This document shows positions 9,963 to 17,591 of a stretch of DNA of 64,000 nucleotides, in pieces; the stretch's first letter is position 1, and the number at the start of each line of letters is the position of its first letter. Position numbers and translations under genes: made by a program. The notes below the pieces were generated by a model. That model was not told the origin of the DNA, searched no databases, and saw only the letters and a program-made list of their open reading frames with translations. The DNA is from Acinetobacter sp. (GTDB taxonomy: Bacteria; Pseudomonadota; Gammaproteobacteria; Pseudomonadales; Moraxellaceae). The stretch spans positions 1,653-65,652 of the forward strand of contig NZ_JAYROT010000062.1 of the NCBI RefSeq assembly GCF_041911495.1, read 5' to 3'.

Positions 9963-11168
9963 TCAAACATGATCTGTTTCATCCACCACATTAAACTTCT
10001 GCATTAATTCAGCACGTCGTTTCGGATGAATATTGGCTTTGTTTAAATCACCTTGATAATGATCATACACACGTTGATCCATCATCTTAAACCACCACGA
10101 TGGAATCAGTGCAGGCAACAGCATCGTCGCATAACCACTTGGCAACTCAGGTGCTTCCTCAAAGTGACGCAACGCTTGGAATGGACGTGTCGGATAAGCG
10201 TGATGATCAGAATGACGTTGTAGCTGATACAGGAACAGATTGGTCAGCACATTGTTATTATTCCAACTGTGCTCAGGCATTGTACGCGCATAGCTACCAT
10301 CTTCTTTTTGCTCACGTTTTAGACCATAGTGCTCAATATAATTAATGATTTCAAATAGGCTAATACCATAGAACGCTTGCGCAGCAAGATATGGAATGAT
10401 CTGCGTACCAAAGGTTGTAATCAAAACTGCATGGAACGCTGTACTCATCGCCCAACCTTGAAGCAACTCGTTGTCTTTACTAAAAAATGGTAAACCTTTA
10501 CGTTTCAAACGACGTGCTTCGATCTCAATACCCGACTTGATACCACCAAATACGGTACGTGGCCAAAATTGGTAAAAGCTCTCGCCCATTTGTGATGATG
10601 CAGGGTCTTCAGGTGTCGCTGCACGCTTATGATGCCCATATGGATGTTCCACACGGAAATGGTTATAAAACAATGGCATCAACGTCGCATGTGACAACAT
10701 ATGATCTGATTTATTCGGACGATGCGATAGCTCATGTGCCGTGGTCACTGCAATACCGTTGATCGCACCCATTGAGATGCCAAGTAAAATTCGATCGAGC
10801 ATCGGCGTGTCTTTGCGTGATACCAAATACGCCGCATAGACATTCGCCGCCATTTGGATCGGTATAAACATTTTGACCAGACAATCGTAGTACGGATCTT
10901 TGACGAGGCTCTGCACATCTTCATCGGTTGGATTGTTTTCATCATTACCAATCACGGCATCGAATGCAGGAATGATCGCATGGAGAACGATCGGACCGCT
11001 GAGCGCAAACAGCTTACGTGTCCATTTTGGACCAAACTGATAGCCTGCCAAAATACCCACACCGATCATCGGCAAGCCTGGGCTCAGCAGCCACCAACGG
11101 CGCTTTTTATCAATCTTTTTTGCATGGGCAGTTGCGTCCTGCAAACTAAGCTGTGCGGGTGCATTCAT
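9963..11168 (-). CDS. alkB: Alkane 1-monooxygenase (AlkB/AlkM)
   Basis: All four diagnostic motifs: HELSH, EHPYGHH, NYIEHYGL, LQRHSDHHA. Confidence 0.95.
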   Translation of the reverse strand: MNAPAQLSLQDATAHAKKIDKKRRWWLLSPGLPMIGVGILAGYQFGPKWTRKLFALSGPIVLHAIIPAFDAVIGNDENNPTDEDVQSLVKDPYYDCLVKMFIPIQMAANVYAAYLVSRKDTPMLDRILLGISMGAINGIAVTTAHELSHRPNKSDHMLSHATLMPLFYNHFRVEHPYGHHKRAATPEDPASSQMGESFYQFWPRTVFGGIKSGIEIEARRLKRKGLPFFSKDNELLQGWAMSTAFHAVLITTFGTQIIPYLAAQAFYGISLFEIINYIEHYGLKREQKEDGSYARTMPEHSWNNNNVLTNLFLYQLQRHSDHHAYPTRPFQALRHFEEAPELPSGYATMLLPALIPSWWFKMMDQRVYDHYQGDLNKANIHPKRRAELMQKFNVVDETDHV

Positions 11169-11281
11169 TGCTTCGCCTAATATACTTTGAGTTTCTATTA
11201 GAAATTATCAAAGGCATTAGGATTTAAAAGAACTGCCGAAAAGGACAGCTTATTATCATTTTAGACCATTTCAGTCGTAGT

Positions 11282-11325
11282 CTTGAGCGTTTTGAACATT
11301 GACCTTGAGCGTTTTTAATATTGAC
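11282..11325. promoter_or_regulatory. Tandem 22-bp direct repeat upstream of alkB, candidate activator site
   Basis: CTTGAGCGTTTTGAACATTGAC / CTTGAGCGTTTTTAATATTGAC, 20/22 identical, 114-157 bp upstream of the start codon. Confidence 0.5.
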
Positions 11326-11367
11326 GTGATTAAAATGTGTGCCTTCTTAAAGTAATAAATAGCTTAA

Positions 11368-12726
11368 TTATTCAACATCTTGTGATTCAATTTCTACGTC
11401 TTTTTCAGCAGAGTCGGACTCATTTGATGCAGATTCTGCTTCATATTTCTTTTGCAAAATATTCGAAAAAATACTTTCAATCATCCACACTCGATACAAG
11501 CTATTGAAAACAAACTCTTGTTCGGCGATGCGCAATACCATGACAGGTTGATTCGGCTGTTGTAGCGCATCACAGTGTTGTTGATTGAGTTGTAAAGCCT
11601 GATGAACTTCGTCAGTTGAAACTTTTTCTTGAACACTTTCCTGAATAATCTGATGATTCATCAACACGCTGCGCTGATGGCTTGCCAAGCTTAAATCTTT
11701 ACCCTTCGTCCATGTCAGTCGTAGCATTTCTAAGACCGCATCAACCCGTTGCTCAGGTTCAACTTGATAAAATAACTTTGCCATCGCCATCACGGTATTT
11801 TGATCAGGGCGACAAAATGGCGTAAATGCCACATCTGTACGTTTTGAGAGTCGCATCGCCAAACTCCAATCAAAAAAATCACGCCCTTGATACGGTAGCG
11901 GATAAATATTGATGTGGATGTTGTAGAGATTCGCCAATTCTTCTTTGATATAGGCAAGCAATAACCATGAAATTGGATTTTCTAAGGTGAAATACAAATC
12001 AAGCTCAGGTTGCATGGCTTGTATATCTGTCAGCTCTTCGGCATCTTGGATCAGATGCTCACGCCATTCGATATGATTAATCAGGAAAATTGGCGATGAT
12101 GTGAGTAATTTCTGTTGTTGTAAGCGACGTGTCAAACGCAGTAAATCGTCCACGGCTTGATATTCCCGCCCACCAAAGCTAAAAAATGCCGTCAATATTG
12201 GCGTATCATCAAAACGAAACTGCGCATCTTCACTCGGCTGACGGTAATTCTTCGCCATCATATAGAGCATGTTTAATTTGCCATATTGTTGATTCCACAA
12301 CATATGGAAAATATCTTCAAGCAAATATAAAAAGTCACGCCCTGTCAGGGGTGTGCGCTCAAGAATGGTATGCGCTTGATCCAAAGCTTGCTGTGTCGGC
12401 ATCTCTGGCACATCGTCAAAGGCGAAGCGATGTTGCATTGCCAAGATTTTGGCATCATTTAAGGTGTAGCGTTGCCATGCTTCGACCGACATACCTTGCG
12501 GTGGTGGTGCGGTTTGTGTAGAGATGACAATTTTTAAAGGTCGAATCTCTTCAATAAGAATTTCTTCAAGCTGTATCAACTGTTGAACTGCAAGGTAACT
12601 GTAGACATCATCCAAGCGCAGATAGGCACTAATTCCTTGATCTATCGGCAATTCGGCTTGACGATGCGGACGGTCGAAATACCATTTCGATCGGATCGGA
12701 TCAAACCACCTTCGGATCAGGGACAT
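11368..12726 (-). CDS. Hypothetical protein with two DsbA-like / kappa-GST (HCCA isomerase)-like domains
   Basis: Two repeats resembling FYFDFxSPYSYLA: YLRLDDVYSYLA and LYFTLENPISWLL; recognised by eye only. Confidence 0.5.
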   Translation of the reverse strand: MSLIRRWFDPIRSKWYFDRPHRQAELPIDQGISAYLRLDDVYSYLAVQQLIQLEEILIEEIRPLKIVISTQTAPPPQGMSVEAWQRYTLNDAKILAMQHRFAFDDVPEMPTQQALDQAHTILERTPLTGRDFLYLLEDIFHMLWNQQYGKLNMLYMMAKNYRQPSEDAQFRFDDTPILTAFFSFGGREYQAVDDLLRLTRRLQQQKLLTSSPIFLINHIEWREHLIQDAEELTDIQAMQPELDLYFTLENPISWLLLAYIKEELANLYNIHINIYPLPYQGRDFFDWSLAMRLSKRTDVAFTPFCRPDQNTVMAMAKLFYQVEPEQRVDAVLEMLRLTWTKGKDLSLASHQRSVLMNHQIIQESVQEKVSTDEVHQALQLNQQHCDALQQPNQPVMVLRIAEQEFVFNSLYRVWMIESIFSNILQKKYEAESASNESDSAEKDVEIESQDVE

Positions 12727-12764
12727 GATGTTTTTACCTCAAATATTTTAATCTGATAGATTAC

Positions 12765-13034
12765 TAGGGTCTGTTGCCATTTCAACCATGCATTGCGTTA
12801 TAGGCTAAAATCACATAAACGAGGCATGAAACGCAGAGAATGGTCACTCCCTTGTCAAGTTTCATAACGAAGTTTATGGCAATTTTAGCCATAACCCTTC
12901 GGGACAAGGATCTTTTTTGACGCTACGTTGTTATGAATGAATCATTTAGAATGACTAAATTTCTTCATTCATTCCTAGTATCGCCTAAAAAACATCCATT
13001 GTCGCAAGCATCTGTGAAATATCAACAGACCCTA
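12765..13034. mobile_element. 270-bp MITE with 18-bp TIRs, TA at both ends
   Basis: GGGTCTGTTGCCATTTCA (12767-12784) and TGAAATATCAACAGACCC (13015-13032), 16/18 complementary; nested internal stems; no transposase. Confidence 0.8.
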
Positions 13035-13311
13035 AACAACATTCAGATCGCTATGAACGTCTTAACGATCTGATGATTCATTTTATAAGTAAAATCGAAA
13101 TGACAAGTCTGCATTATGCTTGAAAATAATATGTATGTTCTAGGCATTTTCATGAATTGTTTATAACAACGCATCTTTGGTAGATCAAGTAGTGCGTGAA
13201 ATCTGTTTTAAAACGCTTATTGATGACCACTAAAACTCAAAAGCTTAAAACAGAAAACGCCACTGTAAAAGTAGCGTTTTCCGATATTCGTTATGTTGTA
13301 AATGGCATCTT

Positions 13312-14526
13312 TTAGCTGACAAAGCTCACTCGAGCGATGGCTTTTTTCCCTGCTTGGATCACCACAGTTTTTGGAGCATTGACCGAAAACGAAGCATCAA
13401 CCACTTCATTGTCTACTTTGACTGCGCCACGAGCGACTGCATCTTTGGCTTGAGCTGCATTCTTCGTCAATCCTGCAAGACGCACGATCGAGCCAATAAA
13501 GATTTCTCCACCATTTTCAGACAGTGAAATATCTACTTCAGGGGTATCTTCAGGTACTTCACCATCGACAATACGGTTCCCTGCGCTTTTATGCGCATTT
13601 TCTGCAGCTTCACGATCATGGAAACGCTCAACAATTTCTAATGCCAAGATACGTTTAATCTCTTGCGGATTACGTCCTTCTGCCATCTCTTTGAGCAAGG
13701 TTTCGATGTCATCCATCGACTTAAAGCTGAGCAATTCAAAATAGCGCTCAATCAAGCTGTCAGGCATCGACAAGATTTTTTGATACATCGCACCCGGTGC
13801 ATCAAATACACCGATATAATTACCAAGCGATTTGGACATCTTTTTGACACCGTCCAAACCTTCTAAGATCGGCACGGTGATACAGACTTGCGACTCTTGC
13901 CCATAACGTCCTTGCAAGGTACGTCCCATCAGCAAGTTAAAGGTTTGATCTGTACCGCCTAACTCAACATCGGCTTCCATCGCAACAGAATCATAACCTT
14001 GTACCAATGGATACAAAAATTCATGAATGGCAATCGGTTGTTCACTTTGATAGCGTTTTGAGAAGTCGTCACGTTCAAGCATTCGCGCCACAGTTTGCTG
14101 ACTTGCCAATTGAATCAAATCCGCCGCAGAGCGTTTTGAAAACCATTCTGAGTTAAACACCACTTTGGTTTTGGCAGGATCAAGGATTTTAAACACTTGT
14201 TCTTGATAGGTTTTGGCATTGGCTTCGACTTGCTCACGGGTCAACGGCGGACGTGTCGCACTTTTCCCTGTTGGGTCCCCAATCATGGCAGTATAGTCGC
14301 CTATCAAAAATAGCACTTCATGCCCAAGGTCTTGGAATACTTTCAGTTTATTGATGAGTACGGTATGACCAAGATGCAAATCAGGCGCTGTTGGATCAAA
14401 ACCTGCCTTGATGCGTAGCGGTCGATTTTGTTTCAATTTTTTCAATAAATCATCTTGGGAAATGATCTCATGCGTACCACGTTGGATTAACGCCAACTGC
14501 TCTTCAGCAGGTAGAAAAGTGCTCAT
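13312..14526 (-). CDS. tyrS: Tyrosine--tRNA ligase
   Basis: [36 protein letters not shown]-terminal S4-like domain. Confidence 0.97.
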   Translation of the reverse strand: MSTFLPAEEQLALIQRGTHEIISQDDLLKKLKQNRPLRIKAGFDPTAPDLHLGHTVLINKLKVFQDLGHEVLFLIGDYTAMIGDPTGKSATRPPLTREQVEANAKTYQEQVFKILDPAKTKVVFNSEWFSKRSAADLIQLASQQTVARMLERDDFSKRYQSEQPIAIHEFLYPLVQGYDSVAMEADVELGGTDQTFNLLMGRTLQGRYGQESQVCITVPILEGLDGVKKMSKSLGNYIGVFDAPGAMYQKILSMPDSLIERYFELLSFKSMDDIETLLKEMAEGRNPQEIKRILALEIVERFHDREAAENAHKSAGNRIVDGEVPEDTPEVDISLSENGGEIFIGSIVRLAGLTKNAAQAKDAVARGAVKVDNEVVDASFSVNAPKTVVIQAGKKAIARVSFVS

Positions 14527-14605
14527 CAGCAAAACCTAATCGTTCTAACTTTCAAATTGTGCGATATACTAACATTTTTTCAGAAAAATGCAGGCAAAGA
14601 TCGGC

Positions 14606-15739
14606 ATGAGTGCAATATATATTGGTGTGATGACAGGGACGAGCATGGACGGCTTAGACCTCGTTGCTGCATCTTTTAATCCATTAGAGATCCACGCCAC
14701 TTTGACTTTAAAATTTGAAGAAGATTTGCGTGATCAGCTCATGGCACTCTCCTTGCCTGATGATAATGAAATTGATCGCATGGCGGTGGCGCACGTGGCA
14801 CTCGGCAAGATGATTGGCAATGGTGTCAATCAACTGATCCAAGACAACCAACTGGATCGCAGTCACATCCGAGCCATCGGCTCGCACGGTCAGACCATTC
14901 GCCATCGTCCAGAAAGTGGTTTTAGTCTGCAAATTGGCGATGCGCATATTATTACCGAACTGACAAATATTCCTGTGGTTTACGATTTTCGTAGTCGTGA
15001 TTTGGCAGCAAATGGTCAAGGTGCACCGCTGGTTCCTGCGTTTCATCAAGTGTTATTTCAGCATGAAAATATTCATCGGGTGATTTTAAACTTGGGCGGA
15101 ATTGCCAATGTCACCATGCTCCCTGCAGGTCAACCCGAGCAAATTTTCGGCTTTGATACGGGACCTGCCAATATTTTGATGGATGCGTGGTGCGACCGCT
15201 ACACAGGTCAGCCTTATGATGAAAATGGCAATTGGGCGGCATACGGTCATCCGATTCGCTCGCTACTCGATCGTCTACAAGCGCACGATTATTTTTCTAA
15301 AGAACCACCAAAAAGCACAGGGCGAGAAGACTTCAATATCGACTGGCTTGATGATCAACTTGCTGATTGGCGCAACGATCTTGACTATGACGAACTGGAA
15401 GATCAGCCTGAAAATGTGCAAGCCACTTTAATGAAACTCACCACTCGAGCGATTAAAAAGGCCATTTATCGTAGTAAAGACACCATGCCGACAGGTGAAA
15501 TCTATGTCTGTGGTGGCGGTGCGTTCAACGGCACATTGCTCGAACAGCTGCGCTGGCGATTGCGCAAGCACAACTGGTCTGTGCAAACCACCGATGCGCT
15601 TGGGTTGGCACCGATTTGGGTGGAAGCAACCGCTTTTGCTTGGCTTGCGATGCGCTTTTGTGAAGCTCAGGCTGGAAATCTACCTGCCGTCACAGGCGCA
15701 AATGGCTTTCGTGTATTAGGTTCAATCACACATATTTAA
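14606..15739 (+). CDS. anmK: Anhydro-N-acetylmuramic acid kinase
   Basis: GVMTGTSMDG, GSHGQTIRH, DFRSRDLAANGQGAPLVP, LNLGGIAN, FDTGPAN, VCGGGA. Confidence 0.96.
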   Translation: MSAIYIGVMTGTSMDGLDLVAASFNPLEIHATLTLKFEEDLRDQLMALSLPDDNEIDRMAVAHVALGKMIGNGVNQLIQDNQLDRSHIRAIGSHGQTIRHRPESGFSLQIGDAHIITELTNIPVVYDFRSRDLAANGQGAPLVPAFHQVLFQHENIHRVILNLGGIANVTMLPAGQPEQIFGFDTGPANILMDAWCDRYTGQPYDENGNWAAYGHPIRSLLDRLQAHDYFSKEPPKSTGREDFNIDWLDDQLADWRNDLDYDELEDQPENVQATLMKLTTRAIKKAIYRSKDTMPTGEIYVCGGGAFNGTLLEQLRWRLRKHNWSVQTTDALGLAPIWVEATAFAWLAMRFCEAQAGNLPAVTGANGFRVLGSITHI

Positions 15740-15841
15740 AACATATATTCATTAGATATAAACAAAACCGCTACATAGCGATGAATATTTGAAGAAATAT
15801 TTTGAAGAAAATCACACTTTGCAAATTTTTATGCCAAGTGC

Positions 15842-15874
15842 GTAATGTAATAATATTTCAAATTATTACATTAC
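15842..15874. promoter_or_regulatory. Perfect 13-7-13 inverted repeat upstream of the CHAP gene
   Basis: GTAATGTAATAAT-ATTTCAA-ATTATTACATTAC. Confidence 0.45.
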
Positions 15875-15893
15875 TCCCATTTCTAAAAAATGT

Positions 15894-16421
15894 GTGTTAT
15901 TTATACTGCGCCTTAAAATTGACGATGTTTGTATGATCTACGATAATGCCGCAACCGACACCGCTTATTTCAACACACAACCACAAGTCCAAGTGATCGC
16001 CGAGTCTGCCGAAAAGCATTCTGGACCTTTTGATGGTGCGCGTGGTTTGAGTGCGAAATTTTTCAATTTAGATTCTTTTACCAATAAATTAAAAAACATT
16101 ACTCGTCAGACCAGTACCAGTCGTTGCGCTCGTAGCATTCGTCTGGCATTTCAATCTGCAGGGGCAAAATTTCAATCGCATCCTGTAGCAGCCGCAGACT
16201 GGGGCGATACTTTGAAGACGATCGGCTATCGTCAAATTCAACCGTCTTTTGACAATCCACAAGATGGTGATATCTATATTATCCACCGTACGCAAAAACA
16301 TAAATACGGTCATATCGCAGGCTATAGTGGCAACAGTTGGGTGTCCGACTTTAAACAACGTAGCTACGATGTATATCGAGATAAAAACGTTGAATACTCT
16401 TATTATCGCCTCGAAAAATAA
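15894..16421 (+). CDS. CHAP/NlpC-P60-like cysteine amidase
   Basis: Cys in SRCARSIR, GDIYI, His in YGHIAGY, WVSDFKQ; start uncertain (GTG 15894 or ATG 15933). Confidence 0.7.
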   Translation: MLFILRLKIDDVCMIYDNAATDTAYFNTQPQVQVIAESAEKHSGPFDGARGLSAKFFNLDSFTNKLKNITRQTSTSRCARSIRLAFQSAGAKFQSHPVAAADWGDTLKTIGYRQIQPSFDNPQDGDIYIIHRTQKHKYGHIAGYSGNSWVSDFKQRSYDVYRDKNVEYSYYRLEK

Positions 16422-16511
16422 TCTATTTTGTTGTGTGTTTTGATACATAACATTTTCAATCAATTTATGGCACAATAGTCGCCTTTAAATTGTTCAGATT
16501 TCATTTTGGCT

Positions 16512-17522
16512 ATGAAGCTGCTTCGTTTGCATGCGCTGACTCCTCACCATCAGTTACCTCCAACGGTTGTCACGATTGGCAACTTTGACGGTGTCCATCT
16601 TGGGCATCAGGCGATGATTGCTGAGCTGAATAATGTCGCCAAAGCACAACAATTACACAGCTTGGTGATGATCTTTGAACCACAGCCTTTAGAATTTTTT
16701 CAGGGTAGTGACGCACCGCCTCGTATTTCTTCATTACGTGAAAAAGTCGAATTACTGGCTGAGCTTGGCGTGGACTATGTTGCCGTTGCCAAGTTTGATG
16801 ATGCCTTTCGTGGCATGAGTGCGCTTGAGTTTGCAGAATTATTAAAACATCAACTCAATGCCAAAAGTCTCGTGCTCGGCGATGATTTTCATTTTGGTAA
16901 AAACCGTAGTGGCGACAGTGATTTTCTCCGTCAACAAGGTTTTGACGTGACCAATTTGCATACTGTCAACCATGATGCCGATCGTGTCAGCTCAACCCGC
17001 ATTCGTGAAGTGTTGCAACAAGGGGATTTTGCCCTTGCTGCACAGCTTCTTGGTCGTCCGTACAGCATTACTGGGCATGTGGTGTATGGTGATCAGATTG
17101 GTCGCACCATCAATTTCCCCACCATTAATGTCGCTTTGCATCGTCATAAGCCTTGCCTCAGTGGCATTTATGCAGTCGATGTACAGAGCTTGGAAAAACC
17201 ATTTTCACAAGTTTTAGCAACGCAAAATACAGATCAAATTGGTATTAAAGGTTATTTGCCTGAAAGCCTGTATGGTGCAGGTCATGTCGGTACACGCCCT
17301 GCGATCGAGCAAGATACACCTGAGTGGCGATTGGAGGTTCATTTCCCTGAACTTTCTGCTAATCTGTACGGTTTGCTGGTGCGAGTAACCTTTTTGCACT
17401 ATTTACACGGCGAAAAAAATTATTCATCGTTGCAGGCTTTGCAAGATGGTATTGATGATGATGTGATGCAATTGAAAAAGTTTCGAGACGACAACGACTC
17501 GATTGATTTTTTAAACCGCTGA
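16512..17522 (+). CDS. ribF: Bifunctional riboflavin kinase/FAD synthetase
   Basis: TIGNFDGVHLGHQ, GDDFHFG, VSSTRIR, GRTINFPTIN, LEVH. Confidence 0.96.
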   Translation: MKLLRLHALTPHHQLPPTVVTIGNFDGVHLGHQAMIAELNNVAKAQQLHSLVMIFEPQPLEFFQGSDAPPRISSLREKVELLAELGVDYVAVAKFDDAFRGMSALEFAELLKHQLNAKSLVLGDDFHFGKNRSGDSDFLRQQGFDVTNLHTVNHDADRVSSTRIREVLQQGDFALAAQLLGRPYSITGHVVYGDQIGRTINFPTINVALHRHKPCLSGIYAVDVQSLEKPFSQVLATQNTDQIGIKGYLPESLYGAGHVGTRPAIEQDTPEWRLEVHFPELSANLYGLLVRVTFLHYLHGEKNYSSLQALQDGIDDDVMQLKKFRDDNDSIDFLNR

Positions 17523-17591
17523 CACCATTGACCTAATTTATCTTTAACGATCAGTGATACTGATTTGACAACCCAACTGGAAGACAGATGC

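Noticed and set aside
9509-13034. alkB plus the 452-aa gene as a MITE-flanked composite transposon
   Set aside because: The two flanking elements have unrelated terminal repeats and different flanking duplications.
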